Assembly: GCA_036498625.1 (NCBI GenBank)
Contig: DASYFD010000162.1
Location: 140 to 64,139 of the forward strand
From: Xanthobacteraceae bacterium
Lineage (GTDB): Bacteria; Pseudomonadota; Alphaproteobacteria; Rhizobiales; Xanthobacteraceae
Length of the DNA stretch: 64,000 nt
Reading direction: 5' to 3'
The translations under genes were made by a program, and so were the position numbers. The number at the start of each line of letters is the position of its first letter. Within the stretch, counting starts at the first letter, position 1. Below the pieces are notes generated by a model. That model was not told the DNA's origin, did not search any database, and saw only the letters and a list, made by a program, of their open reading frames with translations. Below are positions 8,081 to 16,737 of the stretch, one piece after another.

Positions 8081-9087
8081 CGGTGACCTCCGCTTATCCG
8101 TTTCGCGGCCCGCGCGGTGATGCGATCGGCAAACGCGAGCACGGCGCGCGCCAGGGCCTCGCGGTCGTCGAGACTCTGCATCAGGGTGCGGGTGGTCTCA
8201 ACCGGCAGATCCGGCATCGCAGCCATTTGAGAATCGGCATCGTCCATCACGTAGCCGTCGATGAGGCCGCGGTAATGGGTCGCGACCGTCAGCGGATCGA
8301 CCGAAAGTCCGAGCTCGGTCATCATTTTCGCGGTCGGTCCCTTCACGGCCCGCCCCGCGATGATGGGGGAGACGGCGATTACCGGCGCCGCCGTGGCGGC
8401 GAGCGCCGCCCGCAAGCCGGGCAGCGCCAGGATCGGGTCGATGCTGATGAAGGGATTGGAGGGGCAGACGATCACCGCCCGCAGGCCCGGATGGCGCAGC
8501 GCCCCGATCACGTCGGGATGCGGGGCGGCCGTGTCGGCGCCCTCGAAAACAAAGCCGGTGACCTGCGGGATGCACTGGCGGCCGACGAAATAGTGCTGGA
8601 AGTCGAGCACGCCGTCGCGGGTTTCCACGCGCGTGCGCACCTTGTCGTCGGTCATCGGCAGGATGCGGCTGGCGATGCCGAGCCGGCGCGCCACATCGGC
8701 GGTGATACCCGAGAGCGTCTCGCCGGCCTTGAGCCGCCGGGTACGCTCCACATGCATGGCGAGGTCGCGGTCGCCGAGCCGGAACCAGGTCTCGCCGCCA
8801 AGCTCCTTAAGGGTTGCCATGAACGACCAGGTCTCGTCGCGGCGCCCCCAGCCGGTCTGCAAATTGTCGAGACCGGCCAGCACATAGGTGAGCGTGTCGA
8901 GGTCGGGCGCGATAAGGAGGCCGAGATGCTCGAAGTCATCGCCGGTATTGGCCACCACGGTGAAGGTGCCGGCCGGCAGCACGCGTGCGAGGCCGAGCGC
9001 CAGCTTGGCCCCGCCGACGCCGCCCGAAAGCGCCAGCACCGGGCGCTCGTCGGTCGGTCGCAGGGCGGTCACGGGTGCCATTGTCAT
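8077..9087 (-). CDS. cofD: 2-phospho-L-lactate transferase (CofD/FbiA)
   Basis: Real start chosen at MTMAPVTALRP inside the 894-aa track ORF. LALSGGVGGAKLALGL and TGDDFEHLGL motifs are present. Length is 336 aa. The start overlaps the cofE stop (TGATG at 9085-9089). Confidence 0.9.
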   Translation of the reverse strand: MTMAPVTALRPTDERPVLALSGGVGGAKLALGLARVLPAGTFTVVANTGDDFEHLGLLIAPDLDTLTYVLAGLDNLQTGWGRRDETWSFMATLKELGGETWFRLGDRDLAMHVERTRRLKAGETLSGITADVARRLGIASRILPMTDDKVRTRVETRDGVLDFQHYFVGRQCIPQVTGFVFEGADTAAPHPDVIGALRHPGLRAVIVCPSNPFISIDPILALPGLRAALAATAAPVIAVSPIIAGRAVKGPTAKMMTELGLSVDPLTVATHYRGLIDGYVMDDADSQMAAMPDLPVETTRTLMQSLDDREALARAVLAFADRITARAAKRISGGHR

Positions 9088-9860
9088 CACCGGAACAGAT
9101 CTTCGGAGGTGGGGCGCAGGAGCGCGCGGGCCGCGATCGGCGCGTCGGTCAGGGCGAAGCCGGAGACCAGCACCGCCGGCTGCCCTTCGTCCGCCTGCCC
9201 CATGAGCAGCGATGCCGCGGCTGCGACCTCGTCCGCAAAGCCGGTCTCGGTGAACTGCAGCGGCCGGCCGTGCAGGTCGGGCTTGCCGCGCAGGTCCATC
9301 AGCGCCGGCACGCCGGCGGAGCCGAGCGCGATCCCGACCGTGCCGCGGCGCCAGGGCCGCCCGAAACTGTCGCTCACGATGACGCCGAGGCGCTTGGAAT
9401 ATTGGGCCGCGAAGGTGCTGCGCAATGTCTCGGCGGCGGCATCGGCGTCGATCGGCAGCAGCAGAACCGGTTCCTCGCCGGCGGCCGGCGCCACATTGGA
9501 TTGATCGACGCCCGCATTGGCCATGATGTAGCCGGAGCGGTGCTCGACAATGAGCACGCCCTTGCCCTTGCGCACCACCCGGACCGATTCCGACAGGATT
9601 ACCTCGACCAGCCGCGGATCCTTGTCCACCTCGACCGCAAGCTCGCGGGCATGCCACGACGGCTTGATGGCCGCGAGATCGACATAGCGCCCTTGCGTCT
9701 TCGACACTGCCTTCTGCGCCACCACCACGATATCGCCGTCGTCCGGGACCAGTCCCGCCCGGCCGAGCGCCATGACGATGATGGCGCCCAGGTCGTCGCC
9801 CGGCAGCAACAACGGGATGCCGGGAACGACGCTCAGCGTCAGGCGCTTGGGGGTCTTCAT
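9087..9860 (-). CDS. cofE: F420-0:gamma-glutamyl ligase (stand-alone CofE, no FbiB C-terminal domain)
   Basis: 257-aa ORF with DIVVVAQKAVSK...ANAGVDQSN...SDSFGRPWRRG motifs characteristic of CofE. Confidence 0.9.
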   Translation of the reverse strand: MKTPKRLTLSVVPGIPLLLPGDDLGAIIVMALGRAGLVPDDGDIVVVAQKAVSKTQGRYVDLAAIKPSWHARELAVEVDKDPRLVEVILSESVRVVRKGKGVLIVEHRSGYIMANAGVDQSNVAPAAGEEPVLLLPIDADAAAETLRSTFAAQYSKRLGVIVSDSFGRPWRRGTVGIALGSAGVPALMDLRGKPDLHGRPLQFTETGFADEVAAAASLLMGQADEGQPAVLVSGFALTDAPIAARALLRPTSEDLFR

Positions 9861-9863
9861 TGC

Positions 9864-10886
9864 TCAGCCGAAGGCGGCACCGCCGAAGGCGGCGCGCAAT
9901 CGCGGCAGGACCTGCTCGCCATAGAGATGCAGAAACCGTTTCTGGTCCGGGCCGGGGGCGTGGAACACCAGGTGACGAAAACCCAGATCGGCATAGGCCT
10001 TGATCCGTTCCACATGCTCGTCGGGATCGGTCGAGACGATCCAGCGCTTGGCGGTGCGCTCGACCGGCAGCGCATCGGCGAGCTTCTCGATCTCGACCGC
10101 ATCCTCGACCGAAACCTTCTCCTCCGGCGACAGCGCCAGGGCGGCCCAGTTCCGGGTGTCGTCCAGCGCCCGCCGCCGATCGGTATCGAACGAGACCTTC
10201 AACTCGATCATGCGGTCGATCGAGTCGGAGGCGCGGCCGGCTGCCTGCAGCCCGGCCGCCACATTGGGCAGCAGGGTTTCGGTATAGAGCTCGGGCGCCT
10301 TGCCACTGGTGCAAATATAGCCTTCGGCGATCTCGCCGGCCATCTTGGCGACGGTCGGGCCGGAGGCCGCCACATAGATCGGAACCGGCTTTTCGGGGCG
10401 GTCGTAGATGGTGGCCTTCTCGGTCTTGTAGTACTGGCCCTCGAAGGTGACCCGCTCCTTGGTCCACAGCGCCCGCATCAGCTCGATCGCTTCCCGAAGC
10501 CGTGCTTGCCGCTCCTTGAAGCCCGGCCACTTGATGCCGAGCGCCGGCACGTCGTTGAGCGACTCGCCGCTGCCGAGCCCGAGCACCACACGGCCCGGAA
10601 ACATCACCCCGAGCGTGGCGAAGGCCTGCGCCACCACGGAAGGATGGTACCGGAAGGTCGGCGTCATCACGCTGGTGCCGATGATGACGCGTTCGGTGCG
10701 TGCGCCGAGCGCCCCCAGCCAGGCGATCGACGACGGCGCGTGCCCGTCGGTGTGCTTCCACGGCTGAAAGTGGTCGCTGATGAACACGGAATCGAAGCCG
10801 ACCGCCTCCGCGGTGCGGGAAAAATCCAGCAGCTCGTTGGGTCCGAACTGCTCAGCGGACGCCTTGTATCCGATCCTCAGCACCAC
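9864..10886 (-). CDS. fgd: F420-dependent glucose-6-phosphate dehydrogenase family LLM oxidoreductase
   Basis: 340-aa ORF. IGYKASAEQF...SDHFQPWKH...TPTFRYHP...KRWIVSTDPDEH...LVFHAPG is collinear with my recollection of mycobacterial Fgd1. GTG start. Confidence 0.88.
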   Translation of the reverse strand: MVLRIGYKASAEQFGPNELLDFSRTAEAVGFDSVFISDHFQPWKHTDGHAPSSIAWLGALGARTERVIIGTSVMTPTFRYHPSVVAQAFATLGVMFPGRVVLGLGSGESLNDVPALGIKWPGFKERQARLREAIELMRALWTKERVTFEGQYYKTEKATIYDRPEKPVPIYVAASGPTVAKMAGEIAEGYICTSGKAPELYTETLLPNVAAGLQAAGRASDSIDRMIELKVSFDTDRRRALDDTRNWAALALSPEEKVSVEDAVEIEKLADALPVERTAKRWIVSTDPDEHVERIKAYADLGFRHLVFHAPGPDQKRFLHLYGEQVLPRLRAAFGGAAFG

Positions 10887-10902
10887 GCACTCCTGTTGTT
10901 TT

Positions 10903-10988
10903 GGCGAATGGCGAGTAGTGAGTAGTGAGTAGTGAGTCTTCCTTATTTTCTATTCGCTATTCGCTACTCCCCACTCACTACTCCACCA
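10903..10988. repeat. second (AGTGAGT)n inverted-repeat element
   Basis: Left arm GGCGAATGGCGAGTAGTGAGTAGTGAGTAGTGAGT. Right arm ATTCGCTATTCGCTACTCCCCACTCACTACTCCACC. It fills the gap between the DUF35 gene stop and the fgd start, and its right arm overlaps the last codons of the DUF35 gene. Confidence 0.7.
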
Positions 10989-11418
10989 CCTCAAACACCG
11001 GCACCACCAGATCCTCGGCGCGCTGTTCAAAAGCCACCTTGACCTTCTGGCCGACCTTGAGCGCCTCGTTCGGCGTGCCCACGATATTGGAGAACATGCG
11101 CAAGCCCTCCTCCAGCTCGATGAAGGCCACGTTGTAGGGCACGCGCTTGGCCCAATAGGGATGATAGCCGCGGTGGATGACGATGTAGGAGGAGAGCTCG
11201 CCGCGGCCCGACAGCTCGCGCCATTCATAACCGATCGACAGGCAGTTGGGGCAGATCGCGGCCGCCGGATAGCGCCGCTCATGGCAGTGCGTGCATTGCT
11301 GCGCCATCAGCTTGTGGGCGCGGCAGCCGTCCCAGAACGGCTTGTTGATCTCGCTGATCACGGGCTTGATCGGCAGCGGATCGGCGGGTGCGGTGGTGGC
11401 AGTCTGGCTCATGGTCAT
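10978..11418 (-). CDS. DUF35 Zn-ribbon/OB-fold protein (partner of thiolase-like enzymes)
   Basis: 146-aa ORF with CTHCHERRYPAAAICPNC (four-Cys ribbon) followed by an OB-fold-like C-terminus. Lies immediately downstream of the thiolase-like gene. Confidence 0.85.
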   Translation of the reverse strand: MTMSQTATTAPADPLPIKPVISEINKPFWDGCRAHKLMAQQCTHCHERRYPAAAICPNCLSIGYEWRELSGRGELSSYIVIHRGYHPYWAKRVPYNVAFIELEEGLRMFSNIVGTPNEALKVGQKVKVAFEQRAEDLVVPVFEVVE

Positions 11419-11431
11419 GGTCCGAAAATGA

Positions 11432-12571
11432 TTATTGTCCGAGGATCATCGCGCTGGCGGTATTGAGGGTCATGCCGCGGCCGGTGACCAGGCAGGTTTC
11501 TGCGTCCTTGACCTGCCGTGGCCCGCACTCCCCGCGGATCTGGCGCACGCCCTCGACCACGTGCAGCCAGCCCTGCATGTAGGATTCCGAGAGGTTGCCG
11601 CCGGCGGTATTGATCGGAAGCTCGCCGCCGAGCCCGATGCGCTTGCCGCCCTCCACAAACGGCCCGGCCTCGCCGATCTTGCAGAAGCCGGCGTGCTCCA
11701 GCCAGAACAGCACCGCCACCGTGAAGTTGTCGTAGAGCTGAGCCACGTCGATGTCGCCGGGGCCGACGCCCGCCATCTTGTAGGCATCGGCGATGCAGCG
11801 CGCCTGATGCGGCAGGTACCACCAGTCGGGTTCGCGCAAATTCTCCATGGTGTGGCCCTGGCCCATCCCCAGGATCGACACCGGCTTCTTCTTGGCATCG
11901 CGCGCCCGCTCCGGCGACGTCACCAGGATGCAGACCGCGCCGTCGGAGATGAGGCAGCAGTCGAGCATATGCAACGGATCGACGATCAACCGCGATTTCT
12001 GGTGGTCCTCGAGGGTGATCGGCTCCTGCATGACCGCGTTGGGATTCATCGAGGCATGCCGGCGACAGGTGACCGCGATCCAGCCGAGCTGCTCGCTCGT
12101 GGTGCCGTAGAGCGCCATGTGCCGGCGCATGCCGAGCGCCGAATTGGCGGCATTGCCGAGCATGCCCCATACCGCCCAGGTGTCCTCGCCGCCGGCGGCG
12201 GCGCCGAACTTGTTGCCCGAGGTGCGCGCGGTGTCGGCGAAGATGCAGGCCACCACCTTGGCCATGCCGTTCTGCACCGCCATGGCGGCAGCCTCGACGC
12301 AGGCCCCTGCGGTCGCGCCGCCCATCACCAGGCTGCCGGTGTAGCGCGGATTGATGCCCAGTCGCTCGCCCAGCACCAGATAGTTCTTGGCGGCTTCCGG
12401 CGACGCGGTGCCCGGCAGCGTCATCAGACCATCGATTTCGCTCTTGTCGATGCCGGAATCCGCGAGCGCATTGCGCAGCGCTTCCGCCGCCAAGGTGACC
12501 GGGGTCTCCTCCGGCAGCTTGCCCTGCCGCGACTGCCCGACACCGCAGATCGAAGCCATTCGCCACGCCAT
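11432..12571 (-). CDS. thiolase-like (SCP-x/lipid-transfer-type) protein
   Basis: ORF 11432..12766. Start chosen at MAWRMASICGVGQS just after the hydratase stop (12573); an alternative ATG is at 12559. Sequence is thiolase-fold-like throughout and pairs with DUF35. Confidence 0.85.
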   Translation of the reverse strand: MAWRMASICGVGQSRQGKLPEETPVTLAAEALRNALADSGIDKSEIDGLMTLPGTASPEAAKNYLVLGERLGINPRYTGSLVMGGATAGACVEAAAMAVQNGMAKVVACIFADTARTSGNKFGAAAGGEDTWAVWGMLGNAANSALGMRRHMALYGTTSEQLGWIAVTCRRHASMNPNAVMQEPITLEDHQKSRLIVDPLHMLDCCLISDGAVCILVTSPERARDAKKKPVSILGMGQGHTMENLREPDWWYLPHQARCIADAYKMAGVGPGDIDVAQLYDNFTVAVLFWLEHAGFCKIGEAGPFVEGGKRIGLGGELPINTAGGNLSESYMQGWLHVVEGVRQIRGECGPRQVKDAETCLVTGRGMTLNTASAMILGQ

Positions 12572-12572
12572 T

Positions 12573-13352
12573 CTATTTCCCCTGAAAATTCGGTTTGCGT
12601 TTTTCGCGGAACGCCTTGCGGCCTTCCTCGCGATCCTGGGTGGCGGTGAGGGCGCCATAGAGCGCGCGCTCGAGCTCGAAGCCGGCCGCGAGCGGCAGGT
12701 CGGTAGCGGCGCGCAGCGCCTTCTTGATGGCGACCAGCGACAGTGGGGCGTTCTCGGCGATGACACCGGCGAGCGCGAAGGCGCGCCCCATCAGGGCGTC
12801 GGGCGCATGCAGCTCGGACACGAGGCCCGAGGCGAGCGCCTGCTCGGCCGAGATCAGCTCGCCGGTGAACAGCATCTGGGCCGCAAAGGTGCGGCCGACC
12901 GCGCTCACCAGCCGCTGGGTGCCGCCGCTGCCCGGCAGGCTGCCGATCCGCACCTCGGTAAGGCCGAAGCGCGCCGCCGTCGAGGCGATGCGCAGGTCGC
13001 AGGCGAGCGCCATCTCGAGGCCGCCGCCGACCGCCACGCCATTGAGCGCGGCAATCACCGGCTTGCTGAAGGCGTCGAGCGGCGCGGTCAGGCGCGCGCG
13101 TGTCACGATCGGGCTGGCCGCAATGCTCGAATGCACCGGCACATTGCCGGGGGTGGCGAGATCGACGCCGGCGCAGAATGCGGTGCCGGCACCGGTCAGG
13201 ATCACGACCCGGATCGCGAGATCGTCGTCCAGGCGCGCGAATGCCTGCGTCAGCGCCTCACGGGTGGCATCGTCGATGGCGTTGCGCTTTTCGGGACGGT
13301 TGAGGGTGAGGCAGGCGACGCCGGCCTCGCGTGTGATCTCGAGATCGCTCAC
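12573..13352 (-). CDS. enoyl-CoA hydratase/isomerase family protein
   Basis: The GTG start at 13350-13352 overlaps the upstream stop (GTGA). LTLNRPEKRNA ... GAGTAFCAGVDL ... NGVAVGGGLEMALACD crotonase motifs are present. The 663-aa track ORF is an artefactual read-through. Confidence 0.88.
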   Translation of the reverse strand: MSDLEITREAGVACLTLNRPEKRNAIDDATREALTQAFARLDDDLAIRVVILTGAGTAFCAGVDLATPGNVPVHSSIAASPIVTRARLTAPLDAFSKPVIAALNGVAVGGGLEMALACDLRIASTAARFGLTEVRIGSLPGSGGTQRLVSAVGRTFAAQMLFTGELISAEQALASGLVSELHAPDALMGRAFALAGVIAENAPLSLVAIKKALRAATDLPLAAGFELERALYGALTATQDREEGRKAFREKRKPNFQGK

Positions 13353-14560
13353 CACAGCACCTCTTCCTTCATGAGCCGTGTGCACTCGCTGTCTGACAGG
13401 CCGAGCAAAGTGGTGGCGATCTCGCGCGTCTGCTCGCCCAGGAGCGGCGGCGGCGCAGGCTCGCGCTGGCGCCCTTCCTCGACCGAGAAGAACGGCGGCA
13501 CGTTGACGGTGATGCGGCCCATCTCGGCATGATCGATGGAGCGCCAGTAGCCACGCGCATTGAGCTGGCGATCCTCCATGACGTCGCGGCTGGTCTCCAC
13601 CACCGAGCAGGCGATGCCGCGCGCCTGCAGGGCGAGCACCAGTGCGTCGGCCTGATGGCGGCGGGTCTCCTGCGCAAGCTTCCCCTCGATCACATCGATG
13701 CCGGCGCTGCGCCCCATGAGGGTATCGAAAGCCGGATCGGTCATCCAGGGCGGGCGCCCCAGCGCCTCGACCAGGGCCTGCCAGCCGGCATCGTTCTCGA
13801 TCTCGATCGCGCACCACACGTCGTCGCCCATGCAGGGGAATACGCCGCATGGCACCGAGCCGTCGCGCCGGTTGCCGGTGCGGCGCGGCAGCACGCCCGA
13901 TGCCGAGTAGCGCAGGATGCTGGGGCCCAGCAGGTTGACCGTCGATTCGAGCTGCGCCAGCTCGACATATTGGCCTTCGCCGGTGCGGGCGCGATGGAAG
14001 ATGGCGGCGAGCAGCCCGACCAGCGCATGGCCCGGATTGGGGATGTGATCGGGATAATGCGTTCCGGTGCCGATCGGCGCCCGGTCGGGCGATCCCGACA
14101 TCTCGACCAGCCCGGAGATCGCCGATATGGTCGAACCGAACCCGATATAGCTCTTGTGCGGGCCCGAGCTGCCCTGCATCGGCATGGCAAGATAGATCAG
14201 CGAAGGATCGGCAGCCGCCAGCTCGGCGTAGCCGAGCCCCCAGCGCTCCATGATGCCGGGCCGGAAATTGTTGGTGACGACCGAGCACTTGCGCGCCAGC
14301 TGCCGGGCGAGCGCGCGCGCCTCCGGGCGCCCCATGTTGAGCGCGATGCTCTTCTTGTTGGTGTTGCGCGAGGCGAAATAGCCGGAGCCTTCCAGGTGCC
14401 TGGCGCCGCTCTTGTGCGGCCCGGAGAGCCGCAGGTTGTCTGGATGGGCGTGCGACTCGACCTTGATCACGTCGGCGCCGAGGTCGGCGAGCAGCCGCGT
14501 CACGAAGGCGCCGGCGCCCACCCAGCAGAAATCCAGCACACGGAGATCGGAGAAGCGCAT
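13349..14560 (-). CDS. family III CoA-transferase (CaiB/BaiF-like)
   Basis: 403-aa ORF. N-terminus LRVLDFCWVGAGAFVTRLLADLGADVIKVE is typical of the family. Confidence 0.9.
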   Translation of the reverse strand: MRFSDLRVLDFCWVGAGAFVTRLLADLGADVIKVESHAHPDNLRLSGPHKSGARHLEGSGYFASRNTNKKSIALNMGRPEARALARQLARKCSVVTNNFRPGIMERWGLGYAELAAADPSLIYLAMPMQGSSGPHKSYIGFGSTISAISGLVEMSGSPDRAPIGTGTHYPDHIPNPGHALVGLLAAIFHRARTGEGQYVELAQLESTVNLLGPSILRYSASGVLPRRTGNRRDGSVPCGVFPCMGDDVWCAIEIENDAGWQALVEALGRPPWMTDPAFDTLMGRSAGIDVIEGKLAQETRRHQADALVLALQARGIACSVVETSRDVMEDRQLNARGYWRSIDHAEMGRITVNVPPFFSVEEGRQREPAPPPLLGEQTREIATTLLGLSDSECTRLMKEEVLW

Positions 14561-15823
14561 TCACACGACCCCGGCGTTGGCGAGCGCGCGCAGGTCGCCC
14601 TCGCTCAAGCCGAGCTCCTCCACAAAGACCGCGCGGTTGTGCCCGCCGCTTGCGGGCGCGGCGCTGTGCAGCGCGGCCGGCGTGCCGCTCAGGCGATAGG
14701 GCGGGCCCGGCACCGTCAGGTCGCGGCCGAGCGCGCCGTCATGGAGCGAGCGGAAATAATCGTTGGCGCGCAATTGCGGGTCATCGACGATGTCGGCCAC
14801 CGTATTGACCGGCGCGATCGCGATCTGCTTTTCCTGCCCTTCGCGATAGAGCTCCTGCTTGCTGCGCGTGGCGCAAAAGGCGCCGAAGATTTCGGCAAAA
14901 CGCGCGATGCCTTCCGGGCTCTGGCGAAACTTGAAGTCGTGCCAGCGCTCGTCGAGGAGCTCAGCTCCGCCCGGCGTGCCGCTGTCGGCGATCCACTGCA
15001 CCAGGGTCTTGAACGCCTTGGCGGTGCCGAGCCGTCCCGCCACCATGCTGATATAGCCATCCTGGCAGGGATAAACGCCGGTGCCGGCCTCGCGCGCCTG
15101 GTCGCCGGTGCGGCGGCGGATGCTGCCGCTCAGGTACCATTCGGGAATTGCGTCCTCAAGCGCGAAGGCGATGCATTCCTGGCCCGACACGTCCAGCCAC
15201 TGGCCGTGATTGGTGCCGCCATTGTTCGTGTTCTGCCGCTCCAGCAGCGCCTTGAGGGTGGCGACCGCGCCGAAGATCGCCGACGCCAGAAAGCCCTGCT
15301 CACCGGCGACCGCGACCGGCCCGATCTCGGGATAGCCGCCGAGCGACAGCAGCCCGCCGGCCGCCAACAAGGTGAGATCGGTGGCATGGAATTTCGCGCA
15401 CGGTCCGGTCTGGCCATAGGGCGTCACCGACACAAGAATAATTCCCGGGTTGCGGTCCCGCATGGTGTCGTAGCCGATGCCCCACGCCGACAGCGTGCCG
15501 GGCGCGAAGGTCTCGATCACCACGTCGCTTTTGGCCACCAGGTCGCCGAACAGGCGGCGGCCGTCGGCGCAGCTGAGATCGAGCGTGACGGCCTTCTTGT
15601 TGGCGTTCCAGAACGCATGCGCGCAGCTCTCGGCCCCGTGCGCGGTGGCGGCGAGCGGCGCGGCGCGGCGCAACGCGCTGCCCTGCGGCGGCTCGATGCG
15701 GATGACCTCGGCGCCCAGGTCGGCGAGCAGGCGGCTCGCATAGGCGACTGCGTTGTCGGCGAGATCGAGCACGCGGATGCCCGCGAGCGCCACCCGTCCG
15801 GTTGCGGGATTGTCATTCGGCAT
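14561..15823 (-). CDS. family III CoA-transferase (CaiB/BaiF-like), second copy
   Basis: 420-aa ORF. IRVLDLADNAVAYASRLLADLGAEVIRIE. It abuts the next gene with no gap. Confidence 0.9.
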   Translation of the reverse strand: MPNDNPATGRVALAGIRVLDLADNAVAYASRLLADLGAEVIRIEPPQGSALRRAAPLAATAHGAESCAHAFWNANKKAVTLDLSCADGRRLFGDLVAKSDVVIETFAPGTLSAWGIGYDTMRDRNPGIILVSVTPYGQTGPCAKFHATDLTLLAAGGLLSLGGYPEIGPVAVAGEQGFLASAIFGAVATLKALLERQNTNNGGTNHGQWLDVSGQECIAFALEDAIPEWYLSGSIRRRTGDQAREAGTGVYPCQDGYISMVAGRLGTAKAFKTLVQWIADSGTPGGAELLDERWHDFKFRQSPEGIARFAEIFGAFCATRSKQELYREGQEKQIAIAPVNTVADIVDDPQLRANDYFRSLHDGALGRDLTVPGPPYRLSGTPAALHSAAPASGGHNRAVFVEELGLSEGDLRALANAGVV

Positions 15824-16709
15824 CGTCGGTCTTCAGCAAGAACGCATCGAGGCGTCCCAGCACCTTGGCGAGGCGGCCGTAACGCTCGAGCGTCCGCTCG
15901 CTGTCGGCGGCGGCGACGCCGTTGAGCAGCGCATTGGCGACTGCCATGGCGGCCACGAAGGAATTCTGCAAGCCGGCGCCGGTAGAGGCCGCCGCCAGGA
16001 TGACGTCGGCGATCTGGCCGACCGCCGAGATCGGGGTGTCGGTGATGGCGACCACCTTGGCTTTCGCCTCCTTGGCGAGCTGCGCCACCTTCTGGGTCGA
16101 CACCGCATAGGGCGCCGAGCTGAACGCGATCAGGCAATCATCGGGGCCGAGATCGAGCAGCTGCGATGCCTGCAACGTCATGTCGCCGCTCCACACCACG
16201 GTATTGCCGCGAATGCGATCGAGCGCGAGGCCGAGGAAGAACGCCACGCTGTAGGCATTGAACGAGCCGACCACGAACACCTTGCGGGCGGCCGCGATCA
16301 GGTCGCTCGCCCGCTGCAGGTCCTCGACCTTGATGGCCGAGATGGTGCGGCGCAGGTTCTGCAGGTCCTGCCCGAGCGAGGTTCCGAATGCGGTGCCTTC
16401 CAGATGCACCAGCACCGAGTTCTCATTGACGATCTCGCTCGCCGCCGACAATTGCCCGCGCACCAGCTGGCGGGTGCGCTCCTGCAGGTCGGGAAAGCCC
16501 TTGAGCCCGAGCCGGTAGGTGAAGCGCACGATGGTCGAGGGATTGACCCCGAGCTGGCCCGCCATCTGATCGACGGTCGAGAACGCCACCCGGTCCGGGT
16601 GGTCGACGATGTATTCGGCGATCCGCTTCTGCGATTGGGTCAGGCGGTCGTACTGGCGGCGCAGCTCGTCGATGACGTCTTCCGAGCCGCCCGCCCGCCG
16701 CTTGGCCAT
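15813..16709 (-). CDS. RpiR/MurR-family transcriptional regulator (HTH + SIS domain)
   Basis: ORF 15813..16748. ATG at 16709 is preferred over the TTG at 16748. LTQSQKRIAEYIVDHP forms the HTH, and VFVVGSFNAYSVAFF...AITDTPISAV looks SIS-like. Confidence 0.85.
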   Translation of the reverse strand: MAKRRAGGSEDVIDELRRQYDRLTQSQKRIAEYIVDHPDRVAFSTVDQMAGQLGVNPSTIVRFTYRLGLKGFPDLQERTRQLVRGQLSAASEIVNENSVLVHLEGTAFGTSLGQDLQNLRRTISAIKVEDLQRASDLIAAARKVFVVGSFNAYSVAFFLGLALDRIRGNTVVWSGDMTLQASQLLDLGPDDCLIAFSSAPYAVSTQKVAQLAKEAKAKVVAITDTPISAVGQIADVILAAASTGAGLQNSFVAAMAVANALLNGVAAADSERTLERYGRLAKVLGRLDAFLLKTDDAE

Positions 16710-16737
16710 GCGGCCCGCGCGTTCCGCCCGCTTGGCA

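Noticed and set aside
8077-10761. 894-aa minus-strand ORF that would fuse cofD with upstream sequence
   Set aside because: Only the last 336 aa look like a real protein (CofD). The upstream part is out-of-frame shadow over cofE and fgd, which have their own clean frames and starts.
8985-10925. Long plus-strand ORFs (646 aa here; also 8083..9504, 13529..15925, 18245..19942, 50378..52159, 58244..60139)
   Set aside because: All are antisense to genes with clear family motifs. Their composition is biased (R, G, A, D, H runs) and they have no recognisable domains.
12573-14564. 663-aa ORF apparently fusing a CoA-transferase region with the enoyl-CoA hydratase
   Set aside because: The N-terminal 400 aa are Arg/Pro-rich nonsense in an alternative frame of the CoA-transferase gene. 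A GTG start at 13352 that overlaps the upstream stop gives a normal 259-aa crotonase.
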